Assembly (NCBI GenBank): GCA_965198115.1
Contig: OZ240241.1
Span: forward strand, 2,208,001-2,272,000
From: Candidatus Latescibacterota bacterium
GTDB taxonomy: Bacteria > Latescibacterota > UBA2968
Length of the DNA: 64,000 nucleotides
Direction: 5' to 3'
Made by a program: the position numbers and the translations under genes. The notes under the pieces were generated by a model that saw only the letters and a list, made by a program, of their open reading frames with translations, ran no database searches and was not told the origin of the DNA. Positions 50,032-59,468 of the stretch are shown here, in pieces (position 1 is the stretch's first letter; every line of letters begins with the position of its first letter).

Positions 50032-50921
50032 GTGAGGTCCTTTCGCCCTCCACGGGGAGACGCTACAGCATTAAACGCGTGTGCAAAGTGTTGCAGATAC
50101 CCCGTTCCACGGTGCACAGCCAGCTTCGTCGTTCATCCGTAACCGATCTTCGGCAACCCCGGAAGCGAGGCCCGGTCGGAGCGGGTACCGATGAGGAATT
50201 GGTCTCCCTCATTCAGCAGGAGATCGACGCGTCACCCTTCCACGGCGAAGGATACCGCAAGATCTGGGCCAGGCTTCGCTTTCACGGTATGCGGACGTCA
50301 AAGGATCGGGTCCGCCGGTTGATGCGTGAAAACGGGCTCCAGGCGCGTCCAGGACGGCGTCGCGAACGACGAGCCCACGATGGCACGATTACGACCGAGA
50401 AGCCCGATCAGATGTGGGGCACCGACCTGACTGTGACGCCCACGGTCGACGAGGGCAGAGCCTCCGTGTTTATCGCGATCGACCACTGCACGTGCGAGTG
50501 TGTGGGCATTCACGCCTCCAAGACGGCCAACCGCTTTGAGGCTCTCGAGCCGATCCGACAGGGCATCCGTGAACACTTCGGGGGCTTCGAAGAAAACATC
50601 GCCGAAGGACTGGAGCTCCGACACGATCACGGGTCACAATACGTCTCTGACGACTTCCAGAACGAGATCGCATTCCTCGGCGTCCAAACATCGCCGAGTT
50701 TCGTGCGTGAGCCAGAAGGCAACGGATGCGCCGAGCGGTTCATCCGTACCCTCAAAGAAAACCTCCTGTGGGTTAGACACTTCAGTACCATCGAAGACCT
50801 GCGCCTCGCACTCCTTGAGTTTCGGGACAGATACAACCACAGGTGGATCATCGAACGTCACGGCTACAAGACGCCCGAACAGGCTAGAAACGCACTCACG
50901 GCAACTCGAAAGGCCGCCTGA
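50028..50921 (+). CDS. IS3-family OrfB
   Basis: Identical protein to 38213-39106. Confidence 0.93.
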   Translation: MSEVLSPSTGRRYSIKRVCKVLQIPRSTVHSQLRRSSVTDLRQPRKRGPVGAGTDEELVSLIQQEIDASPFHGEGYRKIWARLRFHGMRTSKDRVRRLMRENGLQARPGRRRERRAHDGTITTEKPDQMWGTDLTVTPTVDEGRASVFIAIDHCTCECVGIHASKTANRFEALEPIRQGIREHFGGFEENIAEGLELRHDHGSQYVSDDFQNEIAFLGVQTSPSFVREPEGNGCAERFIRTLKENLLWVRHFSTIEDLRLALLEFRDRYNHRWIIERHGYKTPEQARNALTATRKAA

Positions 50922-52373
50922 ATACACTCACCCGAGTGTCCAGACAACCGCGGGCTTTACAGCGGTTGGCATCTTGATCAAGGTGGTCCAGTAGTGCGGC
51001 CGTTTCCAGACGCACGCACGCGCTTGGATCCTTCAGACCACGCTCAAACCATCGTGCTGCTCCCCCACCGCCGTGCCTGGCGAGTACGGCTACGGCCGAT
51101 GCCCGGATTCTTACGTCTTCTGAGTTGACGAGCGGGGCCAGGACGGTGCGATCTATATGATCGCAGTGAATCATCCCCTGAAGCGCCGCGACACGGACAT
51201 CCCTCGACTCATCCTCCAGGAACATCAGGCACCAGTCGAACAAATCAGGAACCTCGAGCTCCGCGAGGCGCTTCAACCCGCGGACACGACGTTTTGCATT
51301 CGTAGACTCCAACCAACTTAGAGTTTTCTCCTGGATTTCAACGTTCGGAGGTTCTTGCCGGGGTATCTTGGGTTTTGCCTTGGACCGAGGAGTACCGAAT
51401 TCTAGCTTTTCGAATTCGACATTCGTATCTGGAAAATGTTCCGGCAGCCACTGTTTTGCCTTCTTCAATTACTCTTTGACATCCGTTCTGCGCTCAGGTT
51501 GAATCGTAATTCGATGTTGATGCCAGCGCCATAGGCGTAGGAGACCGGGGTGACTCGCGTTGACGCCTCTTGGCGGCCGGTGGCCAAGCAGCTGGTTCAC
51601 CCAGTCGGCAACCTCACCGGGGGTGTTCAATTCGACGATCCGCCTCAGCTTCTTACACTGGGCAGCTGGAGTGAGGTCCCCTTCAGCTTTCGGGTCGTGC
51701 TGAACCTGCTGGCGCAATAGCCTGCAAGCATCCGGATCGGACAAAACACCGTCAAGTTCATCCTCGAAATCCTTCAGCACCGCGCGCCAGCGTCCACTGG
51801 TTTTGGAACGCTGCAGGAGGGTGGCGATGGCCTGAACCCCGACCTTCCCCGGCTGATGGGCTGCCTGGAATACCTTTTCCCATACGGATATATCTTGAAC
51901 ATCATTGCGGCAGGGACAGAGCTCCTGCATCGCTTTTGAGCGCTCGCTGAAGGAACCCTCATCAAGGGCACGGCTAATCTGAGAGATCTTGTTTGGGTGC
52001 ATCTGTGACCCCTTCTGATACAAACTGATGGGAATGGTTGATATACGAACCTGTTACAACTTCCCAATCTTGGCAGGTCATCAGGTCAGTCAACCCATTG
52101 GGTTTCCTCATTTTATACTAAAGCGGATGCACGCAGGCGTTTTTGAAGTCTTTCAGTCTATATTTATGGAAGAGAGTCTCCCAAGCTTGGCGTCTTACTT
52201 CGGCTGCCCGACCAGAACCACCCACCCCCACACTTACAGCGCCGTCGGGCAGCCTGTAAGTTACCCGCGACTGGGCTCCCAGTCGCGGGATCGGTAAAAG
52301 CTATTGGCTTTCCAATTTAGGGCGCTAAAGGACGTAGCGCTCACGATTCCGGAGGGAATGGGTAAACCCCGGC

Positions 52374-52435
52374 TTGACATACATAGCACTGTTAGGCGCC
52401 GTATACCTAATACTGTTATGCATACTACTGCTATG
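52374..52435 (+). promoter_or_regulatory. TTGACA plus three 15-bp putative PadR operator boxes
   Basis: CATAGCACTGTTAGG (52382), CCTAATACTGTTATG (52406), CATACTACTGCTATG (52421). Confidence 0.6.
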
Positions 52436-52482
52436 CACAACCGGACTCGTTCGAGCTCATTGGGACCGGCGACGAGTAAATC

Positions 52483-52869
52483 ATGGAAATCAACAAAGAC
52501 CTGATAGCCGCTTCTTCGACCCCGATCGTCCTGGCGATCCTGACCGAAGAGGACAGCTACGGCTACGCCATCCTCAAGCGAGTTCAAGAGTTGTCCGGAG
52601 GGCGCATGGAGTGGACGGACGGGATGCTCTACCCTGTGCTGCATCGGCTCGAGCGGCTCGGCCACGTCGAGGCGAGGTGGGAAATCGCGGAGAGCGGCCG
52701 CCGACGGAAGTATTACGGGATCACGCCCCTGGGCCGCGACCAGCTCGTTGAGGTGCGCAGGCAGTGGCAAGCGGTAGACGCGACGCTCCGGGGGATCTGG
52801 CGAGCGCTCGACGTTCTCGACCCGGCCAGCCAACCAACGTTAGCCACGCCGTTTCCACAGGGGGCCTGA
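52483..52869 (+). CDS. PadR family transcriptional regulator
   Basis: SYGYAI, GMLYPVLHRLE, RRRKYYGIT..G. Confidence 0.94.
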   Translation: MEINKDLIAASSTPIVLAILTEEDSYGYAILKRVQELSGGRMEWTDGMLYPVLHRLERLGHVEARWEIAESGRRRKYYGITPLGRDQLVEVRRQWQAVDATLRGIWRALDVLDPASQPTLATPFPQGA

Positions 52870-52872
52870 ACG

Positions 52873-54249
52873 ATGCCGACTCCAGATCACGCGATATCGC
52901 TCGAGGAGCAGATCGACCAATGGCGGAACTACCTCCGCCGCCGGCAGGCGATCCATTCCGTCGACGTAGCGGAGCTCGAAGACCATCTGCGCGAGCAGGT
53001 CGTGGCCCTGGTCGACGCAGGGCTCGCCACCGATGAAGCGTTCCTGGTGGCGGTGAAACGGATGGGCAACCTCGACGACCTCTCACGGGAGTTCGCGCGC
53101 GAGCATTCGGACCGACTCTGGAAAGAGCTCGTCGTCGTCCCGTCCGACTCCGGGGAGTCACGTGTGCGGGCCCGAACGGATGCCATCGTCGCCTTCTGTC
53201 TTGCGGTGGCGGCAGCCGTGGCCATCAAGCTGCCAACGCTGTTCGGAATCCAGTTGAATGTGGATGCGGACCAGGGCTTCTACGCACGCAATATGAGCTT
53301 CTTCGTGCTGCCCCTCCTGACCGGCTATTTCTTCTGGAAACGCCGGCTCGACACGAGCACGTTCCGATGGCCGGTCCTCGGGTTTGTCTCTGCAGCTGTA
53401 TTCGCCAACGTCTATCCATTCGCCCTGGGCGGCCACACCGAGGTGCTTACGACGATGCACCTGCCAATCGCGGTCTGGCTGGTCGTGGGCATCGTGTATG
53501 CGGGCGGGCGGTGGGGCGAGGTGGGCGGTCGGATGGACTTCATTCGCTTCTCGGGCGAGCTCTTCATCTACTATGTGCTGATCGCCCTCGGCGGCGGCAT
53601 CCTCACGGGGTTCATGGCGATGATCTACCAGACCATCGGGATCGACGTCGAGCCCTTCATCGAATCCTGGCAGGTGCCGTGCGGCGCGGTGGGGGCCGTA
53701 CTGGTTGCCGCCTGGCTGGTGGAGGCCAAGCAGAGCGTGATCGAGAACATGGCGCCTGTGCTGACACGCCTCTTCACGCCTCTCTTCGCCGCGCTGCTGG
53801 TCACGTTTCTGGCGACCCTGCTCTGGACCGGGCGCGGGCTGGACATCGAACGCGAGCTGCTCATCGCCTTCGACCTGCTCCTGGTCGTCGTCCTGGGCCT
53901 GCTCCTCTACTCCATCTCCGCCCGCGACCCCCGGCTGCCTCCCGGTGTCTTCGATGTGGTGCAGGTGGTGCTTGTGGTCAGCGCGCTGTTGGCCGACGCC
54001 GTCGCGCTCTGGGCCATCGCCGGACGTATTTCCGAGTTCGGCTTCAGCCCGAACCGCGTGGCCGCTCTGGGCGAGAACGTGATTCTTCTGGTCAATCTGG
54101 CTTGGTCCGCCGTGCTCTACATCGGCTTCCTGCGAGGGCGTAGGTCATTCACAGACCTCGAACGGTGGCAAACGGATTACGTGCCGGTCTATGCTCTGTG
54201 GGCCGCGAGCGTCGTGATCGTGTTTCCGCCGGTGTTCGGCTACATCTGA
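52873..54249 (+). CDS. Permease-prefix-domain membrane protein
   Basis: ELEDHLREQV..LVDAGL..DEAFLVAVKRMG followed by many TM helices; typical partner of PadR. Confidence 0.85.
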   Translation: MPTPDHAISLEEQIDQWRNYLRRRQAIHSVDVAELEDHLREQVVALVDAGLATDEAFLVAVKRMGNLDDLSREFAREHSDRLWKELVVVPSDSGESRVRARTDAIVAFCLAVAAAVAIKLPTLFGIQLNVDADQGFYARNMSFFVLPLLTGYFFWKRRLDTSTFRWPVLGFVSAAVFANVYPFALGGHTEVLTTMHLPIAVWLVVGIVYAGGRWGEVGGRMDFIRFSGELFIYYVLIALGGGILTGFMAMIYQTIGIDVEPFIESWQVPCGAVGAVLVAAWLVEAKQSVIENMAPVLTRLFTPLFAALLVTFLATLLWTGRGLDIERELLIAFDLLLVVVLGLLLYSISARDPRLPPGVFDVVQVVLVVSALLADAVALWAIAGRISEFGFSPNRVAALGENVILLVNLAWSAVLYIGFLRGRRSFTDLERWQTDYVPVYALWAASVVIVFPPVFGYI

Positions 54250-54364
54250 TAGGATTCCCTGACCCGTTCCAACTCCGCGTAGCTAGTTCTCGAGCATCGT
54301 GCGCCTAACAGGAGACGGGTCACGTCTAAAGGTTGCGCCAAAGCCTCTGGCAAAGTCTCCCACG

Positions 54365-54865
54365 TCATAGCCTGAATAGTGCAAGCAATAGCTGAGCAGA
54401 AGTCAGGCTTGCGAAACCAGTTCTAATCGCGTTCCACCGATTCCAGCGCGGCTCGAATTCGTCACGCGCTGCCCTTCGCCCCTCTTCGCTCATCACGTCG
54501 ACGTCTAGTGTCTGAAGCATGTCGTTCAGCGGCACATTGATCGTGAATGTGGGCAGTTGAACGCCCACAAGGTAGACGAAGACGGCGCAGATAATGAGTG
54601 TCCGACCGAATGGATCGAGTTGACCGATCCCCAGCGCCGCGGCAACCACCAAAGCCGCCACCGACCCTACCCAGACGAACACAAAGACGGGTTGCCTCTT
54701 CTGGATCACGCCGTCAATTGCCTGGAAGGCTCGAATGAACTCTCGGTCGCTCAGGCTTCCGAGGCCAGGCATCGCGACGATGGCAAAGGCGAGGAGGAAA
54801 CCGGCCACCAGGGAACACAGCAGTGTGGCCGAGATGAGCATGAATGGAAAGGCGCCACTGTCCAC
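54365..54865 (-). CDS. DUF1772 (anthrone oxygenase-like) membrane protein
   Basis: AFAIVAMPGL..LSDREFIRAFQAID, TINVPLND, FEPRWNRWNAIRT. Confidence 0.85.
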   Translation of the reverse strand: MDSGAFPFMLISATLLCSLVAGFLLAFAIVAMPGLGSLSDREFIRAFQAIDGVIQKRQPVFVFVWVGSVAALVVAAALGIGQLDPFGRTLIICAVFVYLVGVQLPTFTINVPLNDMLQTLDVDVMSEEGRRAARDEFEPRWNRWNAIRTGFASLTSAQLLLALFRL

Positions 54866-54988
54866 GGTTCGCCCTCTTTCTTCTTGGTTTCCAAACTTGG
54901 CTGGTATGGATCGGCGGCGCACCACGCGCTGCGAAAAGTGAGAGACCGTCCATGAGCGCAAGGCGGCCGCTGATTCCTGTCGAGTCGT

Positions 54989-55432
54989 TCACGCCGCATC
55001 CCAGACGCCGGCGGCGGCGGTATGTCGTGCGTAATCGGCGAAGTCGCGGGGGGGACGTCCGAGGGCCCGCTCGACACCGTCCGCCAGGTGGGCGTTGCGG
55101 CCGTCGAGGACGGTACTGAACAGATAATTGACCAGCCATTGGAAATCGATTGGCAACCCGGCTTCGGCTAGAGCCGCGGCGTACTCGTCAGAGGAAATTT
55201 GCACATAGCGGATCTCCCGACCTGTCGCTCGACCGATTTCGTCGACCGCCTCCGAAAAGGTCAGAAGGCGCGGGCCAGTCAACTCGTAGAGCCGTCCCAC
55301 GTGCCCGTCCTGAGTGAGAGCCGCGACCGCGATGTCGCCGATGTCGTCGGCGTCGACGAAGGGCTCGCCTACATTTCCTGCGGATAGCACCACCTCGCCA
55401 TCGATGACGGAGTCCAGCAGGAAGTTTTCACT
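54989..55432 (-). pseudogene. NmrA-like NAD(P)-binding protein, C-terminal half only
   Basis: SENFLLD...EPFVDADDIGDIAVAALT...YELTGPRLLTF...RALGRPPRDF; no Rossmann N-terminus. Confidence 0.82.
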
Positions 55433-55703
55433 ATCAACGCTGGCCAAGGAAGTCGCGATGTCGCGTGCGGGATTCGCGGCGCGGTTCAAGACAGTGGTTG
55501 GAGAGTCACCCATGCAATATGTGACGCGTGGGAAGATGAACCTCGCCATGACGTGGCTCAAGGAAGAGGACACGCCACTCAGTGAGCTCGCACCGCGTCT
55601 TGGGTACCAATCGGAAGCTGCATTCGGCGGAGCTTTCAAACGATTCATGGGCGTTTCACCAGGGTACATTCGGCGGCAGGGAGAGTGGGCGTTTGTCGAT
55701 TGA
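55428..55703 (+). pseudogene. AraC family regulator, C-terminal HTH only
   Basis: SLSTLAKEVAMSRAGFAARFKTVVGESPMQY...LGYQSEAAFGGAFKRFMGVSPG. Confidence 0.85.
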
Positions 55704-55826
55704 ATCGATATCGGCTCTCAGCGGAGTTCTTTCATTCCCAGGAGAACCTCGCCCTCATGGGAAGTGAAGAATCACTCAGCACTGAGCCAGCGGCCAGGGA
55801 ACATCCGATAGACCGAGGGACATCGT

Positions 55827-56804
55827 ATGAATCCACGAGTCGACGAATCACACCTACAAGATGCGCGTGAGACGGTCGATTTCATGTGTAGCCGAGTACA
55901 GCCCGATGGTTTCCTGCTGCCCCCCAAAGCACTTTTCTGCGAGACGACCGGCTATCAGGCGGAAGCTGCAGCCACCATCGCCTTGGCCGGAGCCAAGCTC
56001 GACCTACCGGGAACGTCAGAGACGGCAAGGCGGATGTTCGATCGTCTGTTCGGCCGTCGACTGGACAGTGACCTGTGGTCACTCGACTGGACAGGCGGCT
56101 TCCCCTACCGCGATCCGCTTCCCGGGAATTGGCAGGAACAGAATGCTATTTCCGGATGCGCGATACACCGCAGCCACGTTACTGAGTCGGCGATCTACTG
56201 CTCGGCTGCAGGCGATGACTCATTCAATGAGGCAGCCAACAGATCCATGACGGCGATGTTCGATGAATGGGACTTCATGACCGACGATTTCATTCATCTG
56301 ACACGGGAATTCGTCATCCTGTCGGTCCTGGCGTGGGGTGAACCCATGGCCGAGTTCGTCCCCAAAATCGAGCCGTTATTGCAGTGGGTATTGGAGACAT
56401 TCGTGGATACCGCTTCTCGAGACTTTCCTTTTTTGACGACGGTAAGAACGATGCTGTTGCTTAATGCTGTGGGACCGGATTGTGTGCGCGACGTTATTGC
56501 ACCGGGCTGATTCGAGTCGGAGCCAGACAGTTTTCGGCACATCGAGTCAACCGACGACCACATTAACACACGAGGAAACACAGCCGTTGCACTCACGTTT
56601 CGCACGTTGGACCTGGCACTGGGCGAAACCGAGTACACAAGTCGGCCGATCTATGCACATCTCAGTGAATGGATTGATTCGATGCGCAATCCAGACGGCG
56701 GCTATTTTGAATGCCAGGACCTCGAGACGGGCCGGAAGTGGGGCCAGGGTTGCCCAGCCCATTTCCTCCCTTTGTGGTGGATTCTTGGAGGATTCCAGGT
56801 CTGA
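55827..56804 (+). pseudogene. Hypothetical protein with several frameshifts
   Basis: Protein-like segments alternate between frames (55827-56510, PDARYTAATLLS near 56150, 56607-56804). Confidence 0.5.
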
Positions 56805-57031
56805 GCCAATTTTCTCACGAGGTCCCGCCACTAGCGTGACCGGAGAAAGCGAGCGGACCTGCTAAAAGATCCCAACGTCCCAGCCGCCAAGGCGGCGAGT
56901 GGATTCAGCTACGGACCGATTCTCGTCAATCGGAGGCCATTGGATGAGCAGCGAGCGTGACACCCATTGCGATAGAATGGGCTATGCTGAGTTTTCACAG
57001 AATCACGAGTGAGCCGAAGAAAGACGCTTCC

Positions 57032-57673
57032 ATGAACGTAGACCGACAACCTACCTCAGTCCCACTGCTCGAAAACCAGATCGACCGGGCTGGCCATTTG
57101 CTCGCTCGTGCATTTCAAGACGACCCGTTGAACATCTACGCGTTGCCCGACGAACGAGAACGCGCACGCTTGAATCCAACCTATTTCTCAGCATTCGTAA
57201 GGTATGGCCACGTTGCCGGAGAAGTGTGGACGATGGAGGGAAGTCTTGACGGCGTCGCGATTTGGCTTCCCCCGGGAGGTGTGGATATACAGTCCGACCT
57301 GGCTGAACAAGCAGGCATTACTTCCCTTCCGTCAATCCTTGGCGTCGAGCCAGTCGACCGTAAGAGGAACGTGTTTGACTACCTGGATATGCTTCACAGG
57401 CGTGATGTACAGGGTCCGCACTGGTACTTGACCATCATAGGTATTGAGCCGAATCGGCAGCGACAAGGCGTTGGGAGTGCGCTGCTACAACCCGTACTAT
57501 CTCGTGCTGATGCTGAAGGACTGCCTTGTTATCTCGAAACACTCAACGCGACGAACATTCCCTTCTACGCAAGGCATGGGTTTAAGATCGTCGTTGAAGA
57601 TGTCGAACCCAAGAGCGGCCTTCGGTTCTGGACATTTCAACGTGAACCCAGATCGCGACCATTGGATTCTTAG
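57032..57673 (+). CDS. GNAT family N-acetyltransferase
   Basis: LARAFQDDP, HWYLTIIG...QRQGVGSALL, YLET, NIPFYARHGF. Confidence 0.92.
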   Translation: MNVDRQPTSVPLLENQIDRAGHLLARAFQDDPLNIYALPDERERARLNPTYFSAFVRYGHVAGEVWTMEGSLDGVAIWLPPGGVDIQSDLAEQAGITSLPSILGVEPVDRKRNVFDYLDMLHRRDVQGPHWYLTIIGIEPNRQRQGVGSALLQPVLSRADAEGLPCYLETLNATNIPFYARHGFKIVVEDVEPKSGLRFWTFQREPRSRPLDS

Positions 57674-57744
57674 GTGTTCCGGGGCGACGATCTTCGTAGA
57701 TTGCGCTGGGCATCCTTGAAATCATTCGATGGGAAGGTTGACTT

Positions 57745-58608
57745 ATGACGGCTCCACTCGGTAATGGTGACTACCAATACGAACACGTGTCGGGTTGGGG
57801 GAAGGGACCCGAGGGCCGCAAACTCGGCGTCGTTTCTGGCCAAGCGGCGGATTCAAGAAACCGGCTCTTCGTAGTCGATCGGGAGCCCGATCCGGCCATC
57901 GTTGTCTTTGATCGCGAAGGTCGGTTTCTCAGCGCCTGGGGCGAAGACGTATTCACACAGCCTCACGACATCTGGATCTCGCCCGACGATAAAGTCTACA
58001 TCTCAGACTGCGGCGATCACACCATTCGCATCTGCACGACGGAAGGTGAGGTGCTCCAGACACTCGGAACGCCCGGTACACCTGGCGAACCGGGCACGCC
58101 CTTCAACAGACCCACACGAGCCGTCGGATCTCCATCCGGTGAGATCTTCGTCTCCGACGGTTACGGTCAGCATCGAGTTCACCGGTTTTCCGCGGAAGGC
58201 GAGCTGATTGCCTCCTGGGGTGAGCGAGGACCCGAGCCGGGGAAATTCGGCCTGGTTCACAGCGTCTTCGTCGATCAACAAGGCCGCGTATTGATCGCCG
58301 ATAGAGAGCCGAACCATTGCATCCAGGTTTTCGACGTCGACGGCAATCTGCTCGACCGATGGAAGGGACGGACCGCCCCTTGCGGTCTCTTCGTCGACAA
58401 CGACGGCACCGTCTTCGTCGCCGAGGGCCATAGCATCAACCTCTTCACGTCGTCAGGAGAATTTCTGTCCCACGTCCCCCTGGAAATCAGTCCGGACAGC
58501 GCTGGACACGGATCCCATTCCGTCTGCGTCGACAGCCACGGAGACCTCTACGCTGGTGAGGTTGGCGCAGAGAACCTGATACACAAGTTCAAACGTATCG
58601 CCAGCTGA
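57745..58608 (+). CDS. NHL-repeat protein (PAL-like)
   Basis: FTQPHDI, FNRPT, IFVSDGYGQHRVHRFS, WGERGPEPGKF. Confidence 0.88.
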   Translation: MTAPLGNGDYQYEHVSGWGKGPEGRKLGVVSGQAADSRNRLFVVDREPDPAIVVFDREGRFLSAWGEDVFTQPHDIWISPDDKVYISDCGDHTIRICTTEGEVLQTLGTPGTPGEPGTPFNRPTRAVGSPSGEIFVSDGYGQHRVHRFSAEGELIASWGERGPEPGKFGLVHSVFVDQQGRVLIADREPNHCIQVFDVDGNLLDRWKGRTAPCGLFVDNDGTVFVAEGHSINLFTSSGEFLSHVPLEISPDSAGHGSHSVCVDSHGDLYAGEVGAENLIHKFKRIAS

Positions 58609-58724
58609 AGTTCGAACTAAAAGGTCCACTAAGACTCTTGCACGGCCTCACGACGTCTCGAGAGCGTGTAACGGACTCTCTGACCTCTGACTTCAGACCT
58701 CTTGGTGCAGCCGCAGGCCACCGG

Positions 58725-59435
58725 TCAAACATCGTAACCCACGCTGCGCAGATGGGCCACGGACTCCTCCAAATCCCCGCCCTCCTGAATAATCCACGGC
58801 CCCTCGTAATTCACGGCCTCTAGCACTCGCCGAACGCCTGCGAAATCCACGGTTCCCCTGCCGAGTGTCCCAAATTCCCGTGCACTTAGAACGCCGTTGT
58901 GATCCTTCAAGTGCGTGCTGACCACATACTCGGCGACCTTCTCCAGTTCCTCGACGGCATCCGCACCTTCCGTGTAGAAGCTGATATTTCCTGTATCGAA
59001 GTTGATTCGAACATTCGGATGGTCCGTTGATTCCATTGTCTTGATCGAAACATCCGCATTGTGAAGAAGAGAAGGGTGGGTTTCGATCGCGACCGTGACA
59101 CCGCGTTTTGCCGCTTCATCCCCCATCTCTTTCAACCAGTGACAAACCTTCGGTCTCTGCGCTTCCCCGGCTTTGATGCTGGTGAGGGCGAGCGTGAGCT
59201 TCATCTGCGCCGCCGCATCGAACGCGTCCACCCAGGCCCGGGCCGCTTCTGGTGAGGCAACGGTTTCCTCTTCCAGATACTGTGCCGTCAGCCCGACGGC
59301 CTCGAGCCCTTTCGCTTTCAAATCTGCCTGTAGTTCCTCTACCTTGTCCGGGTCAGGGGCAGCAACCTGAACGTAGCGTATGCCATAACCCAGGAGCTCT
59401 TCCCCTCCGCCCGTGTTCGCCAGTACCTGTTTCAT
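58725..59435 (-). CDS. Sugar phosphate isomerase/epimerase (xylose isomerase-like TIM barrel)
   Basis: VAIETHP, INFDTGN, THLKD, LGRGTVDF. Confidence 0.85.
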   Translation of the reverse strand: MKQVLANTGGGEELLGYGIRYVQVAAPDPDKVEELQADLKAKGLEAVGLTAQYLEEETVASPEAARAWVDAFDAAAQMKLTLALTSIKAGEAQRPKVCHWLKEMGDEAAKRGVTVAIETHPSLLHNADVSIKTMESTDHPNVRINFDTGNISFYTEGADAVEELEKVAEYVVSTHLKDHNGVLSAREFGTLGRGTVDFAGVRRVLEAVNYEGPWIIQEGGDLEESVAHLRSVGYDV

Positions 59436-59468
59436 GCTTGGCTCCTTTCCTATCAGGAGGACGATGAG

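Larger units (their letters stand above)
49580..50961 (+). mobile_element. IS3-like two-ORF element, copy 2
   Basis: TGT...ACA ends with imperfect IRs (..TGGACACTC). AGCGGTTGGCATCTTG is repeated at 49566-49581 and 50961-50976. Confidence 0.93.
49495..52023 (-). pseudogene. HEAT-repeat protein with an in-frame TAA (51469-51471) and an IS3-like insertion
   Basis: LEDESRDVRVAA, NSEDVRIRASA, LKDPSACVR. After IS removal it continues DQDANRSLFEIALHDPNPSVVRYARKAIA*. Confidence 0.72.

Noticed and set aside
38173-50961. Composite transposon or inversion bounded by the two IS3-like copies
   Set aside because: Each copy has its own target duplication and restores its own host gene, so they are independent insertions.
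54302-54364. GTTAGGC on the minus strand after DUF1772 as an attC site
   Set aside because: No matching AAC box was found; a 7-mer alone is insufficient.
58677-58701. TCTGACC/TCTGACT heptamer run
   Set aside because: Only about three degenerate units and no supportable function.
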